A stretch of DNA of 63,912 bases, filler included, from Octopus bimaculoides (lineage: Eukaryota), in NCBI RefSeq assembly GCF_001194135.2. It is 5 parts of 4 records of this genome, joined end to end, with 100 filler letters (N's around TTAATTAATTAA, not from the genome) between each part and the next. Parts side by side here need not be neighbours in the genome. Positions count along the whole stretch, not along the records: positions 1 to 12,214 come from NC_069003.1; positions 12,315 to 35,438 come from NC_069003.1; 3 more parts are not named here. One strand, 5' to 3'. Positions 1 through 12,540 of this stretch are shown piece after piece (the first letter of the stretch is position 1; each line of letters starts with the position of its first letter). The notes beneath the pieces were generated by a model that did no database searches, was not told the DNA's origin, and saw only the letters and a list, made by a program, of their open reading frames with translations. The position numbers were made by a program, and so were the translations under genes.

Positions 1-974
1 TTTTTTTTTTTTTTTTTTTTGTATTTTGACAAAATATATTTCCAGTCAGCATTGTTGGAAGAAATATCAGGAAACTTTAAAATGAAGTAAAGAAATATAT
101 AAATACAAAGTAAATAATAACTTAAAGAACAAAACGATATTAGTTTTAAATTCCTTACTGTTTGAATAAAAATGTATTTGTGTAGAGAGAAAATAAGAAT
201 CAAGAAAGAAACAGAATTATTTACAAGAAATATGGTAACACAAAACTCTTGAACAGGATTTTAATATTATATTCTTGTACTTGTCAGATATATTAATACA
301 CATACCGCTAAGCATTTCACCCTGCGTGCTAACGTTTATACCAGCTCGCAGCCTTATCAAAGTTCTTACAGTTCTTATTAAACTTCTTACAGTTTCCATC
401 TACCAAAACTACTCACAAGGTCTTGGTTGGCCTGAAGCTACTGTAGTAAACACTTGCCCAAGGTACTACATAGTGAGACTGAACCCAGAACCATGTGGTT
501 GGGAAGCAAGCCTCTTATCACACAGTCACACTGGCACTTATCGTTTAAAAGAGAACAAATAAGATGGCAATAAAATAATGAGAAAAAAAAATTACTGTGC
601 ACGTATGTACTATTAGATGATTATAGGATAATACAAACAAAATTTAGACAACATATCAGGAAAATTGTGCAAATTAGGAATCAAATGTGTAAATATCATT
701 TAGCATGTAGCAGAAAACCACCCAGAGGGCAGTCTTTCTGCTTGTGTGAATAACAAAATGCAGACAAACTGGCATCTGTAAATACAATGTTAGATAAGAC
801 ACAAGTCTTTATCTTCCTTCTTGTCTTCTTATCTTCTGCATCAAACAATTTGTGACTAGAAGCAAGATTTAGAATGTGTTGCTTTTGTTGAAAGAGAAAA
901 TTTATTTTATTTTCACTAGCACTATCTTGCAGATAGTAACAACATTAAGTTTGGAAAAAGACTTTCTGTCAGAA

Positions 975-1155
975 GACAAGATGGTGAGCTAAGAGAGTTG
1001 TTAGTATGGAGGGTGAAATGCTTAATGGTGTATAATCCGTCCTTACATTCTGAGTTCAAAATCTGTAGAGGTTGGCCTTGTCTTTCATTCATTCGGGGTC
1101 GATAAAATAAGTACCAGTTGAACACTGGGGTTGATGTAACTGACTTGACTACTCC
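975..1155 (+). mobile_element. Octopus-type SINE (GGTGAGCTGGCAGAA...GAGTTCAAAT...GTACCAGTT family), decayed copy
   Basis: Shares the blocks ggtgagct..., ttctgagttcaaa, ctttcat..ggggtcgataaaataagtaccagtt with copies near 3275, 9420, 12060, 42205, 55105 and 58140, and on the minus strand near 60590-62050. Confidence 0.75.
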
Positions 1156-1576
1156 TGAGTAAAAGCATAAAAATTGCACCATTTTGCTATGCCATGTTGA
1201 GCCAGTGTGACAGAGTAGGCTCAGCAAACCAGTATAACCTCAAGCTCAACTTCATGGCCTTTACATCAGACTGTGGTTGGTGGAGAGAACATGCTGAGGC
1301 CTTCGTCCTGCAGTGGACTGACCATGGGCGGTCTAATCCAATCCAAGAGTCAGAATGAAGGTGAACAAGGAGACATTTATTATTCATATTACTTTATGTT
1401 TTATTTTTTAACAATCAAGTTGTTGATTATAAATTCATGGCTGGCCAATTGCTGGTCCACAGCAGGATTTTCTACAGCTGGATGCCCTTTCTGTTGCCAA
1501 CCTTCACCTGTTTCCAAGTGAAGTAATATTCCCCATAACCAATGTGTATTTTTCATTTTATTTATGTGCGTGTATT

Positions 1577-1601
1577 AGACAGACTGACAGACAGACAGAC
1601 A

Positions 1602-1699
<98 letters not shown>

Positions 1700-1703
1700 T
1701 AGA
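1577..1703. repeat. Compound (GACA)n/(GGCA)n microsatellite
   Basis: Directly visible; explains ORFs 1542-1769 and 1562-1744. Confidence 0.95.
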
Positions 1704-2133
1704 TTTGTGACCATAACAGCCTCAGCAATTTTGAACACTGTCATATCAGCACTTCAAGAAATGCAATGATTTTAGCATTTACCGATGGGGATATAAGTAA
1801 AGAGATTATGGAGGCTTCTAACTTTTGAGCATTCTGTTTAAATCAGCCATTAACAAAGCAGTATTCTTTAAAATGCAGTCCAACAACTGTCGATGTTGGC
1901 CCTTGAGAATTATTGATTGAAATAACAAAGTTTAAATGTTCTGAAAACTGACGTTTTCTAAATCAAAAGTGTACATCTGTTGGCTTGATTGGAATTCAAA
2001 GTAGAATTGCATTCTGTTGTTTGGTGCACCATCTGAGATTAGTTGTCTTGGTGGCATGTGGCGTAAGTTTCTTAACCGTTTCTTTGTGTTATTGAATAGT
2101 TGTACTGGTCTAAATTTTGCAGTAGTGCTATTA

Positions 2134-2747
2134 AGGATCCATTTTTAATTTTGAATCTGCAGAAAAGTAGAAGAACAAGAATTTTATAATTCTACCATTG
2201 GTAGTGAAGGTGCATGGCTCAGTGGCTGGAGCATCGAGCTTATGATCGTGAGGTTGTGAGTTTGAATCCTGGACCAGGCTGTGTGTTGTGTTCTTGAGCA
2301 AGACACTTTATTTCACATTGCTCCAGTTCACTCAGCTGTGAAAATGAGTTGTGACATCACTGGCACCAATCTGTATCAGCCTTGCATTTCCATTAGATAA
2401 CATCGGTGGTGTGGAGAGGGGAGGCTGGTATGCATGGGTGACTGCTGGTCTTCCATAAAACAACCTTGCCCGGGACTTGTGCCTCAGAGGGTAACTTTCT
2501 AGGTGCAATCCCATGGTCAGTCATGACCGAAGGGGGTCTCAGCTCAGTACCGTTGGGTTGAATCCTCTATTAGGGATCCATTTTTTTAGGGAACCAATTC
2601 TACCATTGGGTAGAATCCCCTATTAGTGATCCATTTTTTAGCTTATGTCTGGAAAGGTAGAACAAGAACAAGAATTTTAAAATTCTACCATAGGGTTTGA
2701 ATCCTCTATTAGGGATCCATTTTTTTAGGGAACCAATTCTACCATTN
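2134..2747. repeat. Degenerate minisatellite (ggatccattttt...attctaccattgg unit) interrupted by a SINE
   Basis: ttgaatcctctattagggatccatttttttagggaaccaattctaccatt occurs at ~2559 and ~2697; aagaacaagaatttta.aattctacca occurs at ~2170 and ~2665. Confidence 0.75.
2205..2542 (+). mobile_element. tRNA-derived SINE
   Basis: tRNA-like head tggctcagtgg...gtttgaatcc (A and B boxes), then cttgagcaagacacttta...ctcagctgt core; related copies near 4190 and 58655. Confidence 0.75.
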
Positions 2748-4499
2748 NNNNNNNNNATTTAAGAAAAAAAAGAACAAAGAAAAAAAGATTTATCACATTT
2801 TAATTTATTTCATGAAAAAGATATGACAAAAATAAAAAAATATGAAACTGTGGGGGAAAAAAATGGAAAATATATTTCAGTAAAAATTTCTGCAGATATT
2901 TTATGCTGTTTTACTGATAAGGCCTCAATATGCATAAACTAAATGATGGTTAGAAAAAAAATGTTTGTATTTAAATATTTATATATATACAACAGTATTG
3001 ATTTGTGGCATATGAAATTATGAAAGCTGGTAAAGGATTCAAAAACAAATATTTATACGAAAGGACAAGATGGAAAAAAAAAAAGAGGGAAAAGGAAAAT
3101 GGTTGGCAAGATTTTGAAGAATAAAGATTAAGTTGTTGTTAGTCTTATGTTGTATATTTTATGAATAAGAAAACAAGAACTGCAAACTAATTATCTTTTG
3201 GGGAATTTTTGTGAGAGAGGAACCTGTGTGAAATATAAGTTAAAGAAACTGTAAGAAGCCTTATGATGTTGGTCAAACGGTGAGCTGGCAGAACCATTAG
3301 CAATGCCAGGGAAAATACTTGGTGGCATTTTGTCCATCTTTATGTTCTGAGTTCAAATTCTGCCAAAGTCAACTTTGTCTTTCATTTCTTTCAGGGTTGA
3401 TAAAATAAGTGCCAGTTGAGCTATGGGAGTCGATTTAATTAACTTGGGCATCTCCCCCCCCCCAAGTATGCCGGCCTTGTGCTGTGGCTGATGCCAGTAC
3501 CCCCGATTCTGCTAGCTCACCGCCATATATATTTACTATGATATATTGGCACCGTAATCAGCAGCAAATATTTGAGGAACTATTGACTGGACAGAAATGT
3601 ATGTTGTCTGCTATTAACGCTAGTTTCTAAAGAATGGTGAACAAAAATAAAGGCGGGGAAAAAAAAGAAATAATAATAATTATTAGTATCAGATAACAAA
3701 AAGTTATTAAATAAATCTAAACACAAATATAAAATTTGCATATAAAAATGATCGCGCAAAGAAAAGGAACTGTCTTGGTTGTAAATTTCTTATACCAAAC
3801 AATTTATTTCATCTTGAAAATTATTTAGAATCAGGTGTTTTATGAGTAAGAAAACAAAAAAACCTATGCTAATTGAATTTCTAAAGCATTAGAGATATTT
3901 TGCACAAGTGCTACAAATAAACTATTGATCCTGTCGGTAGATAAAATGTTGTACGTGCAATGATTTACTTGAAAGATAAAATTCCACGCTGATAGAAATG
4001 AATTATTAGTACTTTCTCTCTGATAAAGTACCAAGTTAAATCTCTAATTTTTCTTTTTCTTTTTGTTTGTTTGTTTGTTTGTTTTTTGACACTGTCTAGA
4101 GTCTCGTTAATTAGTGATAACATAACGAATCACAGAAAGAAGTAATGTATTAAATAAAGTTTACTTTACACTTGGTATTTTCACATAAAGGTGCATAGTC
4201 CCGTAGCTAAGGTGTTAGGCCCATGATCATAAGAACGTGGGTTTGATTACAAGCTCAGCAGCAACGTGTTGTGGCCTCAAGCAAGGTACTTCACCTTACA
4301 CTGCAATATGCTCTACTGAAATGAGTACCTGTCAAGTGTTGGAGTACTTCTCTCTGCCTCAAGTTGTCATATTTTTTTGGACTGCTGCAAACAAACTGAC
4401 AGTCTATATTTATTGACAGGGTTGATTTAAAACTGGGATTGAATGATAACAGTATAAGAGTTTCACCCAGGCTGTTTCACTGATAATCACCCTCTATGG

Positions 4500-4715
4500 T
4501 AAGAAGTCTAAGGACCTGTTTGGCTCCTATTTTACTGACAGGCTCTCCTAGTCATTCGTTGTTAAAGAAATCATATTTTTGTAATAAAGTAAAAAAAAAT
4601 TGTTAAAGTATTTTGTGGATTGTAGAAGTATAACCAATTTATTGCTCATGAATTTTAATAACAAAATCTTATATAGACCCCCAAGGGTCAGTTGGACCCT
4701 GGTCGAGAATCTCTG
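4500..4715 (-). mobile_element. Decayed hAT-like MITE
   Basis: Minus strand begins cagagattctcgaccagggtcc, resembling CAGTGGTTCTCAACC-type termini; the other end is degenerate. Confidence 0.4.
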
Positions 4716-4919
4716 ATGTAGTGTAGCCATTCGAACATCGTCTGTATCTTTCCAAATCTTGCTGCATTCAACTGGAATTTTTTGGCTTTCCAAAGTTGTC
4801 TGTGTTTAAGCTGGCCTACATTTTTGGGCTGTAAATTTTAGTTTGAAAAATTTGATTTGTATACCAGAATGTATGGTATGATGGTCAAGAAGGAAGGGAT
4901 GCAGCTGAGATGCAAGCAA

Positions 4920-4950
<31 letters not shown>

Positions 4951-5520
4951 ATTCCCAATGAAAGAATTCAATACAATTGTTAAAATTTTTTTCTTTGAGA
5001 TGGAAAACAAATGCAAGTCTGATACAGTAATGAGAAAACATATTGAAAACTGCTTTTAGCTACAATCATATACAAAGAGAAGGAAACATGAAAAACAGTA
5101 ACAAACTTCTCTTTTACAATATTTAGTCAAATAACAAACAAACAAACATGAAATATTTTTTTAACATAAGCGTAGGCAAGTCAATAATATTGTAAACATA
5201 AACTTGTGTGCAATTCAAATATTTTCTTTGTTTATTATGCATAATCTACAATCAGGTGCCTTTTTGCATCAGGTATTTTGAGAAATGAAAGATTTAGTAA
5301 TTTTCAAAGACATCTATCAATAATTTTACTTATATTTATGCATTCGACAACTGCTGTTTTGAATAATGCAATGTTCTTGCAGCTTGTAATGAGTGCTTCA
5401 GTGAATCAACAGAAATTAGACACATGTGTGCGTGTGTGTGTGTGCTTATATACATACATGTATGCACACATACTACATATGTTTATATACATATCTATAT
5501 ATAATAAATAGTAAATAATG

Positions 5521-5553
<33 letters not shown>

Positions 5554-6140
5554 NNNNNNNNNNNNNNNNNNNNNNNNNNNNNNNNATATATACATGCAAG
5601 CATGTGTGTGCAGTGTGCGTGCGTGTGTGTGTGTGCATGTGTGTGTGTGTGTGTGTACGTTCATGTGTGTGTGTGTGTGTGTGTGTGTGTATTTCTTTGT
5701 ATTTGTATTGTCCCCAACCAATACTTTGCAACGATGTTGGCTGGTTTACATCCCTGTTACTTAGAAGTTCAACAAAACATATGATAGAATAAGTAACCAG
5801 ACTTTAAAAAGAAAAAATGTACTGGGGTCAGTTTGTCCAACTAAACCTTTGAAAGTGGTGCTCCAGCATGGCCACTGTTGAATAACTGAAACAAGAAAAA
5901 GAATAAAAGGTTATTTTCTTTTTTTTTATCAACCTCAGTACACACAATGATTTTTATTAGCATCAGTGCACAGAACAATTTTTTTCTAGATCATTTGAAA
6001 ATCGCTACAATTTATTTGTTTCAACTAAAATTCGATGCCTTATTGATTTAGTTATGGTGACATTATAAAGTTATTGGGAAAGGAATGGGTCTCCATAAGC
6101 TTTAAAAGCTAACAAGTGAACTGCATTGCCTTTTGGCAAT

Positions 6141-6900
6141 TACTGTATTTGCCAGTGCATAAGATGCATTTCCGTTTTACGAGCATATTTTGTCAAAAAA
6201 AAAAGGCTACAGTCATTGGACTGAAACACATAAAAGAATAAAAAAATAAAAGAATAAGAGAATATCGTATCATTATTGAAAGATATTTTAAAGTGGTTTT
6301 ATCAGGTAAAGTCTGTGCATGTAAATGCAATGTTGTGACAGTATACTGGAATAAAATATAAAACCATAATTTTATTTATTATAAAATTATGGCTTCAAAC
6401 TTTATTCCAGGATATAAGTACTGTATTTCAGCTTTATCTTCTTTCAGATCAGTTGCAGAGTCAACAAAATTGCCATACAGGATATAAAACTAATATTTGT
6501 GGCCGTGTTGTTATATATAAAAACACTGTCAGACTCCAGAGCAGCACGTTCATTGTAAATAGCTGACAGGCAAGAATTTTTCTTATAGATAATTAAAAAA
6601 AAATGTTTCTTAAAGGTAACAAAGTCTTTAAATAATGTAAGAGACATATCAGGTGTGGCTTATTCATGCCAATATACCATAAGCAAACTTTCGTAAGTTT
6701 GTGCAAACAAACCGATATTTTGGCTTGTTTTCAATATTTAATTATAAGTAACAATTACTGTGCCTAGCAGACATGCTTATTTGGCTTGCTAACCTTTGAC
6801 ACTCTGTTACCCTTCCATAATACAGCCATATTAGATGCAGAACAACTGTTTGACAGACTTAAAAATAAAAGCTGCATCTTATACGCTGGCAAATATGATA
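6141..6900. mobile_element. pogo/Tigger-type MITE
   Basis: 28-bp TIRs: tactgtatttgccagtgcataagatgca (6141-6168) against the reverse complement of 6873-6900 gives 23/28 identity, all mismatches being transitions. Confidence 0.75.
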
Positions 6901-7846
6901 ACTAAAATTTACTTAGGATATATTTCACTTTTGAAGGGAAAATATTTTAAGATTCCTTGAACTTCTTGTTCTTTTGACACTTCATTTGTTCAATTTTTTT
7001 TTTTTTACTGGTTTTAGTGATTAGACTATGGCCATGCCGGGGCACCACTTTGAAGAATACTTAGTTGAACAAATCATGCTCAGAATTGTTTTTAAAGCCT
7101 GGTACTTATTCTATTGGTCTCTTTTCCTGAACTGCTAAGTTATTGGGACATAAACACATCAACACTGGTTGTTAAGCAATGGTTGGAGACAGACACACAG
7201 AAGCCTCTTTCAATTTCTGTCCACCAAATCCACACACAAGGCTTTGGTCAGCCCAAGGCTATAGTAACACACACTTGTCCAATGTGTCATGCAGTGGGAC
7301 TGAACCTAGAACACTGTGGTTGGGAAGCAAACTTCTTACCACACAGCCACGATTCTGGAGTATTATTCTAATTATATTTTAAATATTACCATAAATTTAT
7401 TATCATTAACCGAGAGCATTTAAAAATGATTAATACATTTTGGAGTGCTTTTTTTTCTTTTTCAGTACGAAACAAGAGTTGTATTTCTTATTGAGAGTTC
7501 ATTTTCAGCAAATTAATAACTAAAATTAGAAAATCTTTAATTGAGCATTATTTAATTTTTTCATTTTGATTTCAACAATTTTTTACAGTAGTCATTAAAA
7601 ATTTCATGTCTAAAACTGTTGACAACGTCAATTTATTTTTCATGAAAAATATCCCATGATTAAGCCCATCCTATTCAACATGAAAATGTAATATAAAATC
7701 TCTTCACTTACTGTCAGTTTCTATTACATCCCAGCATCATTAATTATAGTTTGTATCTTTTAAAACATACTGGAGTAATTTATTCCAATGATTAGAATAT
7801 TTTATCTTGTCAATATTTTATATTCAAGCACTATTTGGATGTGATT

Positions 7847-8050
7847 GATGCCAGGCCTGCCTGGCTGGCTCCCATGCTGGTGGCACGTAAAAGGCACCAT
7901 CCGAATGTGGCCGATACCAGTGCCCCCTGACTGGCTCCTGTGCCAGTGGCACATAAAAAGCATTATACAAACATGATCGATGCCAGGCCTGCCTGGCTGG
8001 CTCCCATGCTGGTGGCACATAAAAGGCACCATCCAAATATGGCTGATGTG
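7847..8050. repeat. Tandem repeat derived from the RTE 3' UTR
   Basis: gatgccaggcctgcctggctggctcccatgctggtggcac..aaaaggcaccatcc occurs twice; related motifs lie in the RTE tail at 21960-22150. Confidence 0.7.
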
Positions 8051-8465
8051 TGTATGCATGTGTGTGTGTTTGTGTGCAAGGGTATGTATCTTAAGGTTAG
8101 TGTGTTACACTTGTGATCATGAGATTCTGATTTGAATTCCCAGACTGAGCAATGAGTTATGTTCTTCAGTAAAACACTGCATCCCATGTTGCTCTGCAGC
8201 AAGTTCAACAGCTGATGTGTGGCACACTTGTGCACCAGTCAAGTCAATGCTAGTTTAATAGAATGAGTGATAGAGTGAGCAAATGTGCAGCACAAGCATT
8301 TGATCACTATACTACAGAAATCCTTTGTGCAAGAAACTGCAGAACATTCATCTGTCATCTATGACAGAAAAGTCCATGCACACACACATAGACACACACA
8401 CGTTTATGGTGGTGGTGGCAGGGATAATGACAGTGGTGAGGGTGATCGTCTTTATCCACTGACAG

Positions 8466-8555
8466 CAAGAAAGTAAAGATTATAAATCGCCAAATGCCAT
8501 TGCAATTATATCTCACTGCAAAAGTGCGACTGAGAAAAATACATGGAATCTGCAG
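8466..8555 (+). CDS. Candidate penultimate exon of an unidentified host gene (QESKDYKSPNAIAIISHCKSATEKNTWNLQ)
   Basis: Acceptor tctttatccactgacAG, 90-nt open phase 0-0 exon, donor CAG|GTAATA; product not recognised. Confidence 0.35.
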
Positions 8556-8608
8556 GTAATATGGCATCAGAAGATAGTTAAAAAATAATAAATAAAACTA
8601 CACTTTGC

Positions 8609-8664
<56 letters not shown>

Positions 8665-8728
8665 AATAGCATTTGATTAAAGATTTAATATTGTAGAATC
8701 AAAGAGATTCTCTTTTTCATGGTTGCAG

Positions 8729-8797
8729 AACATGACTGATGTTATGGGAAAATATTTATCAATGATTTTAATGTCTTCTGAATTAAATCTAGGATGA
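8729..8797 (+). CDS. Candidate terminal exon (NMTDVMGKYLSMILMSSELNLG*)
   Basis: Pyrimidine-rich acceptor ttctctttttcatggttgcAG; only phase 0 stays open, which matches the upstream donor; AATAAA at 8815-8820. Confidence 0.35.
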   Translation, partial: NMTDVMGKYLSMILMSSELNLG

Positions 8798-9320
8798 AAG
8801 ATCTGGAAATCTCTAATAAAAACAGTTGTCAATTATATAATGCTGTGATAGCTCAACAGAATTGTTGTGGCAATAAAGTAAAATGCTAGTGCAGTAGTTA
8901 GTTACAGCTATTCATTGTTCCTAGTTCAAATCCTAGTGAAAGCAATTGAAAATTTGTTCTTTAAAAGGTTGGTGAAATACAGAATTGGGATAAATTTTAA
9001 TTGATTGTAATTCTTCCCACAAGATTATTTTTTTTATTAAAACTTTGTATCAATGTAAGACGTCAAGTATATTGTGATGCTGTTATGGACACTGGTGAGT
9101 CATACAAGGTGGCGAGCTGCCTTGTCAGCTCCTGTCAAACCAGTCAGCATAACCTAGGGTTTCAAATCCCAGTTGATAGCCAGGATTAATCATTCAACCA
9201 TTGATCCATAACAAATTATAAAAGCTGTTTGGCACATTACTTGATGATATCACTGGTACCAGTGCCACATAAGAAACTCAGATTCCAAGTTCGATTCCAG
9301 GCAGTGTCCTGAATAACAAC

Positions 9321-9358
<38 letters not shown>

Positions 9359-10446
9359 TAATAATAATGATAATAATAATAATAATAGTAACAACAACAT
9401 CGAAAAATACCTTAGGAATGAGAACCCAGGCTCTTTACATTCTGAGTTCAAATCCTGCTGGGATTATCTTTGCTTTTCATCCTTTCAGGGCCCATGAAAT
9501 ATAGTACCAATCAAGTGCTAGGGTCGATGTAATCAACTTACTCTCTCCCTTCAAGATTGCTGCCTTGAATTCTGAAATTGAAATTGACTGGCACCCCAAC
9601 AGAGGAATTGTTGTGATCTTGGTCAATTTTATGCCATGGAAACTGTGTAAAATAGTCTTGTGAGTCTTAAGGTCCAAGAAAAAGAAAAAAAAAGGAAAAA
9701 AACAGGGGCAGGTGACAATGTCAGACCAGCTTGATGCATTAAGTCTACCATTACAAGAAGAACTCTTATTCAGAGTCCTTTAATTTGTTTTAGACATCAT
9801 TGCCAAAGCCATAAACGACATCACTGATAACAAGGTTTTCTTTGTGTTCCCTCTTCTAACTCTTCCCCTAATTCATTCATGTCTCCTGTATGTCTCCTTC
9901 TATTTGTTTCTCACTCATTTCTTATGCTTTCAACCTTTCTTTTTTTTTTTTCTCTTGGCTTCACATATTTCCCCCTTATCTGTGCTCTATCTTATCAACA
10001 CCAATCTTTCTATATCTAATGCTGTCTTTGAGACAGTCTCTCTTGCTTTTTTTCTGTTTTCTGTAATAATGCCATTTTTTAAATATTTAGCAGATGAAAA
10101 TTACCCGCTTTTTAATTAACTGTGATGGAAAAAAAAAAGAAAAAAAAAAGAACTGATCGAGAAGATAAGATTATGTTTATAGCTGATGACCATGCCTAAG
10201 GAGGTTAATTGTCTGTGGAGTAAGAGAGGGAAGGATTGAGGTGGAGAAGAAGAAGAGAGATTAAAAGAGAAAGGAGGAGAAGAGAAAGAAATCAAAGATA
10301 GAACAGAGAGCGAGAGAGGAAGAGAGACAGTAAGAGAAGGTGGTGTGGTGTGGTGAATGATGCTATACCTATTGACATCAAGATAGTAATTCTCAATTTC
10401 TGTAGAACTTTAAATGAGTAATATAATCAATTTCTATTCTATCTAT

Positions 10447-10480
<34 letters not shown>

Positions 10481-10481
10481 G

Positions 10482-10534
<53 letters not shown>

Positions 10535-10557
10535 TTGTCTGTCTGTCTGTCTATCTA

Positions 10558-10656
<99 letters not shown>

Positions 10657-10844
10657 CTGTGCTGGGGCCACATAAAAAGCACTGATAATGGTGTCATGTA
10701 AAAGGCACCCAGTACATTCGGTGGAGTGGTTGGCATTAGGGACACATTCATACATACATAATACACACCTGCATACATGCATGCATACAAACATACATGC
10801 ATGGATACATACATGTACGCATACATACATACATGCATATCTGA

Positions 10845-11010
10845 GGATGGGAAGGGGAGGATGGAGTACTTCCCGGAAAAGTCCAATGATAAGGAAGGGG
10901 AGAGGTACTTCCTGGAAAAGTCTGAGGATGGGGAAGGTGAGGAGGGAGATTACTTCCTGGAAAATCAGCTGAGGGGTAAGGGGAGGAGAGGGAGTACTTC
11001 CTGGAAATTC
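10845..11010. repeat. Purine-rich ~43-bp imperfect repeat x4 with conserved TACTTCCYGGAAA core
   Basis: TTCCNGGAA at 10870, 10909, 10954 and 10998. Confidence 0.85.
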
Positions 11011-11019
11011 CGAGGATGG

Positions 11020-11210
11020 TGAGCTGCTAGATGCAGGAGGAAAGAATGAGAAAAAGTTGTGGCAAAAGAGTCAGCAGAAGTTCGCCATTGCCTTCTGCCA
11101 GAACAATGTGTTTCGCTCATAAACACACACAACACCCAATCTGAGATTCGAACCCATGATCCCTCGACCCCCAAGTCCACTGCTCTAACCACTAGGCCAT
11201 GTGCCACCAC
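11020..11210 (-). mobile_element. tRNA-derived SINE
   Basis: Minus strand reads gtggcacatggcctagtggttagagcagtggac...gggttcgaatctc (A and B boxes), followed by the SINE body. Confidence 0.75.
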
Positions 11211-12214
11211 GCCTACATTACTATTGTAAAACTATTCATTTGCAGCACATGACTACATAGTCGATATCACCATACTATTTCTCGTTGTGCAAGTAGCTTA
11301 GTGAATACCTAAATTGTATGCACACATAATTTTTCAATTGCAAAATAAAAGCAAACGAAAAGAACTAAGAGGATAAAAAGCTTGTATACCTTTTCATAGC
11401 TTTTCAACAGTTTCCTCTCTGTCGCTCTCTCTGTATGGACAAAACAACATTTGTGAAGTATCAACATAACAAACCTGCAATTATAGGCAAATTCAGACAA
11501 TGAAAATAATAACATAAAAAGCAGAACAAAGCCTTTGTAATCATGGCATTTCATCAATTTAGAAAATTATCATTGTTACTCTATGGTGTATGTAATTTGT
11601 TATAGATAGATTTAAATGTAAGTATATCAAGCAAAAAGATTTAGTAGTTACTGTGCTGATATAGAACATGTATAAAAACGTATTGTATCAGTATGAAGGT
11701 TATTTTTAAAATACCTATAAGTATAAAGAGAAAGTGGTAAGTGTAATAACAGATGTTCGTTGATGAAGAACTCAAACTTCTCATTCATTTACACACCACA
11801 AATATATATATATACATACATACATACACACACACAGAGGTTTTTTTCTCCTTTTCTCTCTCTCTCGTTGCTCACACGTCAATTCCTGGACCCTCCACAT
11901 TGTTAATTTCTGTTGCTGCTGCTCTTGTATTTAGAACTTCTTTCCACAGGTAGCATCAAATGGCTCTCATTGCAATTTTTTCACCACTCAAAATAAAGAC
12001 TAAACTATTCAGCGACGATTGCACAAGATGTATTGAATTAATAATATAACATCAAAATAAGGTGGAGAGCAGGCAGAATAGTTAGCATACCAAGAAAAAT
12101 GTGTAACAGCATTTTTTCTCTCTTTATGTTCTGAATTCCAATTCTGCTGACATCAACTTTGTCTTTCGTCCTTTTTGGAGTCAATAAGATAAGTATCAGG
12201 TAAGCAGTGAGTCA

Positions 12215-12314
12215 NNNNNNNNNNNNNNNNNNNNNNNNNNNNNNNNNNNNNNNNNNNNTTAATTAATTAANNNNNNNNNNNNNNNNNNNNNNNNNNNNNN
12301 NNNNNNNNNNNNNN
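12215..12314. other. Artificial assembly gap marker N44-TTAATTAATTAA-N44 (also around 35483, 53600 and 62251)
   Basis: The same 12-mer, which has stops in all six frames, sits in the middle of four N gaps; the gap counted here is exactly 100 bp. Confidence 0.9.
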
Positions 12315-12540
12315 ATAAATAAATAAATATATATATGTAGTTTACTGCACATATAGACATGCATACACATTGATATGTCTGTCTTTTTTCTCTTTCGTCT
12401 CTCTCACTATATTATTTCACTGTTATTTTTTCCCTTTTACAACTTGTTTGTAAATATCCGATTTTTTCCTTTTACCCCATCTGTATTCTGCCTTGTATCT
12501 TATTTTATTTTATTAAACCTTTTTTGATGTCCTTCGAAAA

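Noticed and set aside
4548-4793. 81-aa minus-strand ORF (MESQKIPVEC...)
   Set aside because: Its 3' two-thirds run through a MITE-like repeat; no homology recognised
6448-6554. AG/GT-bounded candidate exon (DQLQSQQNCHTG...)
   Set aside because: Lies inside the 6141-6900 MITE and has a weak donor
11050-11210. tRNA-like sequences (also near 2205, 4190 and 58655)
   Set aside because: SINE heads with A/B boxes but no complete cloverleaf, each continuing into a SINE body
12259-12270. TTAATTAATTAA recurring four times (12259, 35483, 53600, 62251)
   Set aside because: Always centred in an N gap; an artificial six-frame-stop gap marker, not biology
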